Below, piece by piece: positions 51,882-63,052 of a stretch of 64,000 nucleotides of DNA; within the stretch, counting starts at the first letter, position 1, and every line of letters begins with the position of its first letter. The stretch is from Cenococcum geophilum (taxonomy: Eukaryota): assembly GCA_050273025.1 (NCBI GenBank), contig CP158635.1, positions 8,060,001 to 8,124,000 of the forward strand, given 5' to 3'. Made by a program: the position numbers and the translations under genes. Under the pieces are notes generated by a model. That model was not told the DNA's origin, made no database searches, and saw nothing but the letters and a program-made list of their open reading frames with translations.

Positions 51882-53204
51882 TCATCTACTTCTCTGGGAT
51901 TTAGCCTCGGCGTATATCTTGACTACCACCCGGGCGGCAATTTTGAAGAGCTCGTAGAGTGCTTCATCTTCCTTTCCGCCACACATTTTCGGAACTCTGT
52001 CGGGATGCCATTTCAAGCACTCCATCTTCATGAACGCAGACTTCTTGCTAGCATCCGTGGTTGCTGGAAGCGCTTTCTGAAAGAACTCTTCGACAGCTGT
52101 ATCTGTTACGTCTCCCCAACGACCCGATTTTACAGGCCAAGGAATGATATCGCGAAGTGTCTCCTGACATTTAATTAGTCACAAATTCATTGAAGAAACT
52201 TCCACGTCCAATACTGGCGATTTGCATACCGAGGTGCCTCTGATGTTAAAAACTGTAAAGGGTTAGTCATTCAGCTTTTAAATTTTAATGGCTAAGAACA
52301 TACTCCTTATGCCATCCCATCTCTTGCTGTATAACTGCCATATCCCATCCCATTCTTTTCTCTCCATCTCCGCTTTTTCTCTCTCTTTGCGCTCCCGTTC
52401 TTCTTTAGCTCGTTGAGCCCTTTGGCGGACTCTCTCGTTCCTCTCCTCGGACTCTCTTCGCTCTTTTTCTTTCCTTTCTTGCTCTTCTTTTTCTCGTGCT
52501 TCCCTCTCCCTCTTCTTCCGCTCTTCTCTCTCGCGTTGCTTTTCCTCTTCTTCACGTTGTTTCCTCTCTCTTTCCTGACGCTCTTTCTCCTCGCGTTCTT
52601 TTTCTTGTCGTCTTCTTTCCCGACGTTCCTTCTCTTCTTGTGCTTTATCTTGTCGCTCTTTTTCCTGACGCTCTTTCTCTCGTCGCTCTTTCTCCTCACG
52701 CTCACGCTTTTGCCGATCCTTGTCCTCCTGCCGTTTGCGGTCGCGTTCGAGCATCTCCTTCATCTCCTTCACCATTCTCTCCAATTCGTTTCGGGAAAGA
52801 TGACCCAGTTCGTCGTCCGAATCATCAGTCTCTTCCACTTTGAATGAATTTCTCACTGGGAGGACGCTCATCCATTCGTCCACAACTGCGCCAACCTGAT
52901 TCTGGTGGTATCTGAGGCATAGGGTAAGACCGGCGAGTCGACATAATTGTGGTTGAATATTTGTCATCGATGGGTCAATATTTTCTAAGTCTTTAAGCAG
53001 CTGGAATGCGGAGGCCCTGTTGGCTTGATTGATTGGATTGCGGCATCGACGACCGCAGCTGGGTGCGTAGCCTACACAAGTAAGACAGTTGCGGTCTGGA
53101 TTTATAATCTCAAGTGTCTCAATGGGATCCCAGCGTTTCTTGGTTTTGCTAGAGTGAGGGAACGTATCGAAGGGGCCATAACGAGGAACAGAATGTATGC
53201 CCAT
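51882..53204 (-). CDS. Hypothetical 401-aa protein: N-terminal Cys/His motif, charged E/R/K helix, C-terminal IPWP...WHPD domain; exons 53204-52304, 52252-52230, 52163-51882
   Basis: TCVG...RRCRN...LC..YH motif and a long ER/K tract. Two GTATG..CTAA..CAG introns around a 23-nt exon give an in-frame IIPWPVKSG...KWHPDRV...* tail. Confidence 0.8.
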
Positions 53205-54595
53205 ACTGAAACGGTGTAAAGCTTCAAACTTGAAGATATTAATGGAGTTGAAATAAGCAAATGTGGTGGGAATCGCCACTGCTCTGTCCTACTAATTCGG
53301 ACTTTGCATCCCCATATATGTAAGTTGGCAGTCGGGGATGGCACCATGCATGAATGCTCTGCGCCCGCAGCGCCCCTGGCTTTGTGGCTGTTCAAGATTG
53401 TCACGCAGTGCGCGAAGTGCCTGGCATTGCAGGGGTCAATACCTACCACCGAACACGAACAAGGGCTTGAATGTCGCGAAACATCAGCACGAGACAATAA
53501 TCGACCGTATGAACGCCGCACTAGCCTCAGAACAAGCCCAGCAAATAGGAATTCCCTATCGAAAGAATCCAGATACTCTGATTCGCGATGTTTCTTCCCT
53601 CAAAACACTCTCCCTAAGCTTCATACGCAAAATCTCTAAGCGCCCTACCCCTCAGCACTTTGTCTGTCCTCGCTTAAGCTTTCTGGACAGCTATCATTCG
53701 CTGACACGGGAAAAGCTCCGCCTCAATGACAAGGGTTCCTGCGTCATGAGCGTTGCAGACCTCCATAGCGCCGGCTTTCTGCCCCACATGTTAGCGACCG
53801 TGGACCCCTTTTCCACCGCCACGATCGTTGGCTATGATGTATTGTGTCCTTGTTTAAGGAACTTTCGTCATGCGCGGACCGCGGCGATCATGATAAGGTG
53901 GATAAGAATAGAATCTCAAGTCCCTGCGTGCACAACGCTTAATCTTCCTTGCTAAGAAGCCTTGATGATTGTAATTTACTGTGGTTTTAAAAGTTAATGG
54001 CTTTGGGCCTCATCTGCATTCATATTTTCTTGGATTGATTGCCTTACTAGAACTATGTCATGCGTTAATTAAAGTGTCGCAATCCTTCGAACGTCGTAGC
54101 TACAAAGTATGACTTAGGATCTACTTCTAGTGGGTTGAGCTTTGAAAATGCTGTCTTTCTACTACTTCATCATATGTCTTATTAAATTATATGAGCAAGA
54201 AAATCAACGTGGTGATTTGAGTACACCATCCAGTTTGGGCGAAGAATGACAGGAACTCCTCCAACTCTAAGTCTATGGTGCTAGAACAAACAAAGTCTAT
54301 CCAGAACGAGTATTGTATCATTCAGTTGAGTACCTAAGCCACCACTCTTCCGTACCAAGGGCCTGATTTGAGTGAAATGATCGAGTAAGCCTTAAGCTAT
54401 CCCTTGTACTTAGACCCAGCCGTTCTTTTATAACGCCTCATTAAAAGAAGACTAGGGTTTGAAAGTTTCATTATCAGCGGTCGCGCAGCGGACTGGGAAC
54501 ATCAACGTCTTGCGACAGGGGGTGGACGATAGAACCGGGATTGAGAGTTGCAAGGTGGCGGTGCCAGAAACGTCCGGCTGCTACCTCATGAACTA

Positions 54596-54741
54596 CAAGG
54601 GGGCAACCTGAGCGGGTCACTCGCCCTCCCTGCAAGTTTTGGTGACATTATAGTAATATCCTGGGAAAATAGTAAGTGCACGGCTATATTGCCACCAGAA
54701 CTTGCAGGGAGGGCGAGTAGCCCGCTCAGGTTGCCCCCTTG
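54596..54741. mobile_element. 146-bp Tc1/mariner-type MITE
   Basis: ~57-bp TIRs CAAGGGGGCAACCTGAGCGGG..ACTCGCCCTCCCTGCAAGTT; flanking TA at 54594-95 and 54742-43. Confidence 0.88.
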
Positions 54742-55335
54742 TAAAACCATGTTTAGCGTTTCGGAGAGCATCTGCCTAGGTGCGACAAAGAGGGTGGTAG
54801 GCAGCAAGGTGGTAGGCAACAGGGTGGGTCTGAGAGCTAATGGGTGGTGGCGGAGCGTCAAAACATACCAAAAGTCACATTTTTTACTGCCGTATCTCGA
54901 CCCTTTTATAACGTCTAGTTATAATAAAAATACTATGAGGTGGGAGCTCTTTATCTTCTCTATTTATTGCATTGAATAACGACGTCGTAGCTATATTGTA
55001 TAAAATATTAGACATGGGCAATTGGTCGCGTTGTGGCCAAAATCCGCCAACGTTATCGATAAGAATTTAACCAATCAAATCGGCGAAATATTCCCTCAGT
55101 CCTGATATGTTTTGGTGTTCGCGCACAGGCCACTTTTGTATTGGACACCACCGTAGCAAGGGATATCTCCCCCCCTAATGTTATAAATATAGGGTTATAA
55201 TATATATAACTAAGGAGATAAATACTTAAAAAGTCTATTATATTAAATAAATATATTATAACTAGAATATCTAAGTCATAGTATATATATAAAGACACAA
55301 AAGTTTGCTCTTAAAACATTTAAGTACCACAAACG

Positions 55336-55665
55336 TCAGGAAAAAATTTACCAGCATCTAATTTTACTTTTCTGCCATTTTAGCATTTTCTAGCATTTCT
55401 AGCATTTTCTAGCATTTAGCAGCTAAATGCGGCATTTATTACTAAGTACTAGCATTTAGCGCCAAATGCCGCATTTATAGTTAGGTGTTAGCATTTAGCT
55501 ATATTTATAATTAAGTATTAGCATTTAACTGCATTTATTACTAAGTACTAGCATTTAGCCGCCAAATGCTGCATTTATAATTAAGTATTAGCATTTAGCT
55601 GCTAAATGCTAGAAAATGCTAAAATGGTAGAAAAGTAAAATTAGATGCTAGTAATTTTTTCCTAA
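55336..55665. repeat. ~330-bp foldback (MITE-like palindrome) rich in AGCATTT motifs
   Basis: The first ~60 bp are the reverse complement of the last ~60 bp. Confidence 0.85.
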
Positions 55666-55682
55666 AGTTTTACATAAAGTTT

Positions 55683-56265
55683 GAAGTTCTGCACGAAGTT
55701 CCGCACGAAGCTCTGCACGAAGTTCCGCACGAAGCTCTGCGCGAAGTTCCGCACGAAGCTCTGCGCGAAGTTCCGCACGAAGCTCTGCGCGAAGCTCTAC
55801 ACGAAGCTCTGCACGAAGCTCTACACGAAGCTCTACACGAAGCTCTACACGAAGCTCTACACGAAGCTCTGCACGAAGCTCTACACGAAGCTCTACACGA
55901 AGCTCTACACGAAGCTCTACACGAAGCTCTACACGAAGCTCTACACGAAGCTCTACACGAAGCTCTACACGAGGCTCTGCACGAAGCTCTACACGAAGCT
56001 CTGCACGAAGTTCTACACGAAGCTCTGCACGAAGCTCTGCACGAAGCTCTGCACGAAGCTCTGCACGAAGCTCTACACGAAGCTCTGCACGAAGTTCTAC
56101 ACGAAGCTCTGCACGAAGCTCTGCACGAAGCTCTGCACGAAGCTCTGCACGAGGCTCTACATAAAGCTCTGCGTACAGAGGCTCTGCACAAGGCTCTGCG
56201 CGAAGCTCTGCGTACGGAGGCTCTACACGAAGCTCTGCGTACGGAGGCTCTACACGAAGCTCCGC
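55683..56265. repeat. 12-bp minisatellite ACGAAGCTCTRC, roughly 45-50 units
   Basis: Directly visible; the G/A variation is at TpG, consistent with RIP. Confidence 0.95.
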
Positions 56266-56395
56266 ATCGGGTCCCCGCTATATTCCCGATAGCCTCTACA
56301 CGTGCCTCTGCCAAGTATCCCCCTATATACACCTAGGTAGCCACCTCATTTTTTACCCTTCCTTACATCCTCCCTACCTAGGAAGACACCAGAAC

Positions 56396-56570
56396 GACAG
56401 CCAGCAGATGACCGTTGCCGGAGCTAGACGACCGTCAGAGCCAGACGACCGTCGTCAGAGCCAGACGACCGTCGTCAGAGCTGGACGACCGTCGCCGGAG
56501 CCAGATGACCGTCGCCAGAGCTAGACGACCGTCGTTATCGCCACACGACCGTCGCCAGAGCCACACGACA
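56396..56570. repeat. 21-bp tandem repeat (GAGCCAGACGACCGTCGYCAG-like)
   Basis: About 7-8 degenerate units, each with a GACGACCGTC near-palindrome. Confidence 0.85.
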
Positions 56571-56635
56571 ACCGTTCGAACGACCAGCCAGCGAACACGA
56601 TAAACGATTCGATCGATCGATCGAATCAAGGTGAC

Positions 56636-56729
56636 ATAGACAGGTAGGCACAGACAGGTAGGCACAGATAGGTAGGCATAGACGGGTAGGTATAGACAGA
56701 CAGACAGACAGGTAGGTAGGTAGGTAGGT

Positions 56730-56760
<31 letters not shown>

Positions 56761-56826
56761 TAGGTAGGTAGGTAGGCAGGTAGGTAGGTAGGCAGGCAGG
56801 CAGGTAGGTCGGTAGGTAGGCAGGTA
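56636..56826. repeat. Compound tetranucleotide microsatellite (AGAC/AGGT/AGGC)n
   Basis: Directly visible. Confidence 0.95.
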
Positions 56827-57019
56827 AAAGAGAACCGTCGCTATATATTAAATTATCTAAAATAATATAATTTTGCACCAACTATATAAACCAAGCAAAT
56901 ACTATTAAGTGTGTAGGAAGAGCAAGATATATAGAATGCGCGAGGAGGGCATTATATACAGAATGCACGAGGAGGGCATTATATATTAATTGCGCATTAA
57001 GTGTAAAATGCGCAATTAG

Positions 57020-57186
57020 CTGCACCGCATTGTTGAATATGGCAGTATGCGGCACTGCATTGTTAAATATGGCAGTATGCGGCACCGCATTATTGAATAC
57101 GGCAGTATGCGGCAGTATGCTGCACCGCATTATTAAATACAGCAGTATGCGGCACCGCATTGTTAAATACGGCAGTATGCCGCACC
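57020..57186. repeat. ~30-bp tandem repeat GCACCGCATTGTTAAATAYGGCAGTATGCG
   Basis: About 5 units visible. Confidence 0.9.
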
Positions 57187-57569
57187 TTAGTCGATACCAT
57201 ACGCTACACGTTGTAGTGCGCGGAATGCGCATTTGGCCGCCAAATGCTGCTAAATGCTGCAAAAATGCTGGTAAATTTTTTCCTGACGAAAGCTGGGACC
57301 ATAAGCTCAGACACTCTTTAGAAGATTTGGAGGTATAGGGAGCCGTTAAGGGGGGACGTGCTTCCCCTGCCCCGTAACTAAAATCTACTACGGAGCGTCT
57401 GATTTATGAGATAAGCAGATCGTTGGTTATTAACCAACAATATTCCACGAAGAGTCTGAGAGCCTATAGTTGCAGCTTTAGTAGTAACCCATTTAAAAAT
57501 TGATTTTTGTCCTTTTCTATAAGCTATATCCTAACTATAATAGTTATAATATATATACTTAATTGTATA

Positions 57570-60500
57570 ATTACAGCACCTGGTGTACGAACGCGTAAAT
57601 ACGCGTTCGTGCACTAACTACCTACGTGCTGACTAATTAGGGGGGAGGCGCGTCAGTATATAGACTATGTAGTCTACCTTAATAGAATCGACAGTCACCA
57701 TCTAAACAAGTATACAATACTATACGTATTTCGTGCCCGTGGATACAACTCACTTGTGCTATTAAGTTAGTACGAACACTGATTAGTGTCACGGCACCGT
57801 TACAGACCCTAGTTAGGGGCTCGCTTGGAGACTTGGCGCCTGTATATAGACGTGTCCTTTCCTCAACCTTCTCTGCTCCTTAGCTTAGTATCTTCGTAAT
57901 ATAGCATTCTATAAGCTTCGGTTTAGAGGCATTTATACGAGCCGTAATATTATACTAAGCTTACCCACCCGGGGGGGACTTCATTTGTTTGGAGCTCCCT
58001 CTTTACCTCGCCTGGGAAGGCCTGGATAATCTCCTACCCCTATCCCGCGTGTTCTTGTGGAGAATACGCGTTAAACACCCCTAGCTGCGCGTTGTTAACG
58101 CGTTGAGTCGCTATTATTAAACCGGGAGCCGGTATTTAAGCAGCTAGAAGGTCTTCTATAGTTACGATCGATGGCTAAGGATATAATGGCTTGCAGCCTA
58201 CTGCTAGATTGAGCGCGGCTCTCTAGAACCCCCCTAACCTTTTTAACTAATATGGAGTTGTACGAGCTGTAGAGACGACCTTGGTTAAGACTTAGCCTAA
58301 CGCTATAAGGAACGAAATTAGTAATCCTGTTACTAAGCCTAGAACTAATCCTGTAGTGTTAGCTAAGATAAGCTAAGATATAACCTAAGCCGCGCTATTG
58401 GGCGGTAGGTGCATATTGTCCGCGAAGTCCTTTAGTATATATTAGGTTTGGGCCGACGGCTAAAATAAGCTAACTTATAACCCGCGCCGTGCTATTAGGC
58501 AGTAGGTATATATTATCTACGGAGTCCTCTAAAACGAATTCTACTCGTTATTCTTTGGCTACTACGCTGCGATAACCACCCTAATTAATACTAAGCTATA
58601 TAAGGAGAGACGAGATCGACTAGGAAGGACTTGCTAGCACCGTACTACTACCCTAAAACTCTAAACCCAATAACCTGTTGCGCTAATATACCTATAATAT
58701 AACTTTCTAACCTATTTATAAACGCCTTATAGATACCCGTTAAGTTCTTATTAACAACCACTATATCTAATTAACTTAAATATTACTATTAACCTAGATA
58801 GTCCCTTAATCTTACGGCCGAATATATCTATATCCTATATATAGGGGTACTAGAAACCTAGGGAAGAATTTAAGTAATTTATAGCACTCTTAATTAGGAG
58901 AATAGATTAGGAGAATTATTCCGATTTATAGCACTCTCTAATAGCTCTATAGATGAGCCTATTTTATCTCTATAACCTTTTATAAACTATTAACGCGTTT
59001 CTCTTAATAACCTTTTATATAACCTTCTACGAACGAGATAGCTTACCATTATGAAAGCATGTCTTACTATTTATTAACTACTCTCGAATTAGCCTTTACA
59101 ACAGCTAACCTTCGACCCTATAACCCCCTATAAAATATTAATACGTACCCTCTTAATACTATTCGTTAACTACCCTTAAAACTGCCTACCACTTAACGGT
59201 AGTCCTCTTTAAATAATAAGCTACGAATCTGCTATCTAATAGTATCTCTTCTTTCTTTAAATACTATTATAGCTTACCCTTATACGACTATAATAAGAAT
59301 TGAAATATTAACACGTACCTTCTCGATACATTTTTTAATACCTTTAAATATTAATAACGTCTTAAACTACCTACCGATTAATAGTAGACCCCGAGAAACT
59401 GACCAAATAATAGCGCCGATACGCCTGCTATTACGACTTTAACAATAACCGTATAAGTTCATTAATAATTAACTACCTCCCTTACTAATTCGATCGTCTT
59501 TTTCTCTACCTATAGTAATCCTTTTTAACTAACACTAAGCTACGTATACTAAGGAACAACTATAGCTGATACTAAGTTATATAAGCTTTACCTTAAGTAT
59601 TTATATACTTCAACAACGAGGTTAATACTAAGCTATGTAAGCTTTGATAATGAAATTAATTTAGATAAACTAGACCAATAATAGCGCTAGTATACCTACT
59701 ATCTTAACCTAATAACGACTGTGCTACTCCTACAGTCTAACCGACAAACTGATCGCGCCATTACGCCTATAATTTAAATGCGATTTAAACGTAATCTAAA
59801 TATAATTTAAATATAAACCAACTAACTAATTGTGCCGTTATACCTATGATCCACCAACTAAATAACCGCGTTAATATGCCTGCGATTAATTAACCAATAA
59901 TAGCGCTAATACGCCTGCTATTGCGAACAATAACGATCGCGTTAATGCACCTGTAATCTACTAGCTAACTAATAGATTGAGCTCCGGATGTTTAACCTAC
60001 TATTACCACCTAACGCTTACACCGTACTGCTATTATAATACTATTACTGCTCTACCTGCAGCCGATTAACCCTTGCTACTTTATTAGCAGCCGACTACCC
60101 TTACTGCTCTGCCCGTAGCTAATTAATTACTTACTACCCTACCCGCAGCTAACTAACTTCTATTACCCCGCTTATAGTAACAACTATATATAAGGTGGAT
60201 CTTTACCCCTTATATAACCCTACTGCTTACACCGTACTACTACCCTAAATAGACAACGGCTGTGCCGATACGCCTACTGTTTACCATTTAACGCTGGCAC
60301 CGCACTGCTACCCAACCTCTATGATATATTTTTCGCAGTTAAACTAATACCTTACTGCCCTATTATAGCATTATAATCGACTTCTACTGCTTTGCCTATA
60401 GCTAAACCTATACTTGCTACTCCGCCTATAGCTATATAAACAGACCCTAGCTGCTCTGCCTGTAGCTAATTCTAATTTAACTATCGCTGCTCTGCCTATA

Positions 60501-63052
60501 GCACTATTACCGACTTCTACTGCTCCGCCTATAGTAATAACTATATATAAGGGAGAGCTTTGTCCCTTAAGATACGACCCCGCCACTAGCACCGTACTAC
60601 TACCTAAATTAATAAGCTCCGCGCCGATATGCCTATAGATCTATAACCTATTAATAGACGAGCTCTATGCTTAACCTACTATTACTACTTAATGCTAGTA
60701 CCGCACTGCTATAAGAACTGATACCTTGCTACTTTACCTATAGCTAACTAACTAAACAATTACGCTAATACGCCTGCGATTTACTAACTAACTAATAGAC
60801 TAAGCTCTATGTTTAACTACTATTACGACCCAATGCTTGCACTATACTGCTACCTAAATCTAACAAGTACTCGCGCTAATACGCCTACGAGCCGAACCAT
60901 AAACCAGATAATAATAGCGTTAATATACCTGCTATTCCAATAGACCCTTACTACTCTACCTATAGCTAACTAACCCTTACTGCTCTACCTGCAGCCGACC
61001 GACTTTTACTGCTCCGCCTATAGTAATACCTATATATAAGGTAGAGCTTTACTCCCTAAAATACGGCCTATCGCTAGCACCGTACTGCTACAATCCTGAT
61101 AAGTTACCATGCTAATATGCTTGCGGAACTATACCCTAATAACCTGTTACGCTAATACACTTACGACCTAAACAGGACTAGGTAGAGCTTTACTCCCTAG
61201 AATATAACCCTATTGCTAGCATTATACTGCTACCTAAACAACCTGTTACTGGCACTATACTACTACTAAATAGACAAGAACTCGTGCCAATATGTATACG
61301 AGTAACTCCCTAACCCTCCCACCCTTATTAAACCTTTACGCCTACTTTTTTAAAAGGGGGACTAGGGGGGCTTTTTTTATAGCTTAGGGCGCGCTATAAT
61401 AAAAGGGGGAATAGTAGAGCTAGGAGGTACCGGAGTTCTAGGAGGAGGGAGAAGGAATAATAACTAACGGAGGGCTCCTAGCGATATACCCCTCGCAGTA
61501 GCAGGAGCTGCAGGACGGCTGCCTGCCCCATATTAACTAGGTATAGTAATATACCCCTACAGCAGCAGGAGCTATAGGATTACTGTAAGTCCTACGTTAA
61601 CCGGCATCGCGATTAAGCGCCAGATGCTAGATTATTTTTTCTTTTCTTTCTTTTTCTTTTCTACAAGGGGGCAAAGCCTAAGGGCAGGCTTTCTTAAAGG
61701 AGGGGGTGATATCACGGCACCGTTACAGACCCTAGTTAGGGGCTCGCTTAGAGACTTGGCGCCTATATATAAACGTGTCCTTTCCTTAACCTTCTCTGCT
61801 CCTTAGCTTAGTATCTTCGTAATATAGCATTCTACAAGCTTCGGTTCAGAGGCATTTGTACGAGCCGTAACAATTAGTAAGCGCGTATAGATTAGTAATT
61901 ACTTAATACCTCCCCCTAAGCGATATACACGACAGCGACCACTTATTTAGACTCCTAGTACGACCTACTAGAAGGTCGGAAGTTAGGGATTACGGACTTA
62001 TCTCTAACTCTATATACTTATTTAAGTCTTAGTACGGTTTACTAAAAGTTATAGACGCGAATATAGACCTATATGGAACCCCTATCCTTAACCCCCTTAA
62101 ACCTTAAACCTCTTTAGACCTTTTGCAGAAACCTTTTACCCTCCTATAAACTATTACGGACCTATTAATTGATTTTACGGACCGTTATAAGACCTCCCCC
62201 ACCCGTTATAAGCTGCTACTACCCGCTACGCACCATACTATACTATAATATGGCAGATATTAGCAAGCAAGTTAGTAAAGGTTAAAAGAAGTAGAGATAA
62301 GGAGTTAATATTACGTCTATAAACGATGTTAACAACTATATTAGTTTTAAAATCCTTAAATATAAATACTTTAAGCTTATAAATAACGACCTATAGGAGT
62401 AATACTAGGAAGACTTTGCGAACTTTATGGAAGCTATTCTTAAGGCCTGTAACCCTATTACTATTTGTAAACTATAAACCCTTTTATATAACTAAGGTGT
62501 ATAGGTTAAAAGGAATAAATAAGTTACTGTTGTATAGTCCTTATATAATATAATACACGAAAAGGACTAAATAGAATAGACTAAAGAGGAAATCCTAGAC
62601 TAGTTCTAAGAAACTAAGGAACTCTTTACTTCTTCTAAACTTAATATAATTGCTAGCCTTATACCTAACCTACTTAACTAAATTCGTCCTATAAACTTAA
62701 GCGGCTTTAGACTTAACCTTATTGGCTAAAATATACCCTACTCTTAAGTTATAGATTATAATACCCCTATAAACCAAAATATGGACTAAATTACCCCCGC
62801 TATTTAAGTCACAGACCTATAAGCTATATATCCGCAAGCTATAGATCTATAAGTTATAGATCTATAATCTACCTAAGTAAAGACCTATAGTAAGGAGCTA
62901 GCTAACCTAGCTAAGCTCTATACTAACAAATCTAAGTATAGCGGTGAAAATAATAATTTTAACTTTAAACTAACTATCTTTACGGACCTTTGCTAGAAGG
63001 CCGATATTTTTAAATAAGAGTTTAGCTAAGCCTACTCTACTATACTGCGCGG
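57570..63052 (+). mobile_element. 5' part of a second GalEa-like copia family (LTR ending 57778, gag from 62250), interrupted at 57787 and 63053
   Basis: LTR end ...TACGAACA followed by CTGATTAG. gag motifs KELANLAKLYT(DE)SKYSGEN(D)NF(D)FKLTIF.DLC.KA and AYST(M)LRG resemble the gag of the left-hand copia. LTR start approximate. Confidence 0.8.
57787..61872 (+). mobile_element. Non-autonomous LTR retroelement (LARD-like), 163-bp LTRs, repeat-rich interior
   Basis: LTRs at 57787-57949 and 61710-61872; TSD ATTAG; PPT AAAGGAGGGGGTGA. No RT or integrase motif found; recurring GCACCGTACTGCTAC and CGCTAATACGCCTGC blocks. Confidence 0.85.

Larger units (their letters stand above)
55334..57288. mobile_element. 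Non-coding TIR element made of a foldback module and several tandem-repeat arrays
   Basis: Perfect 24-bp inverted repeat CGTCAGGAAAAAATTTACCAGCAT at 55334-55357 and 57265-57288; a third, RIP-damaged inverted copy ends at 55665; subterminal GCATTT/AAATGC repeats. Confidence 0.7.

Noticed and set aside
52307..52847. Alternative-frame and antisense ORFs (K/R-rich, F/L-rich)
   Set aside because: Shadows of the purine-rich ER/K coding tract.
54476..54570. tRNA-like GGTCGCGCAGCGG start
   Set aside because: No T-loop GTTCRA or acceptor stem.
55670..56332. ORFs of RASC / TKLY repeats (220 and 203 aa)
   Set aside because: Stop-free translations of a 12-bp minisatellite; no other sign of a gene.
55683..57186. 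CRISPR-like array or information-bearing repeat code
   Set aside because: The repeats are head-to-tail with no unique spacers, the DNA is eukaryotic, and the G/A variation is at TpG, which RIP explains.
56435..57338. ORFs with PTYL/PACL and AVCG repeats
   Set aside because: Translations of micro- and minisatellites.
57340..57400. GC hairpin resembling a Helitron 3' end, or a short TIR pairing with 55168-55181
   Set aside because: No clear CTRR terminus or TSD; the match is short and low-complexity.
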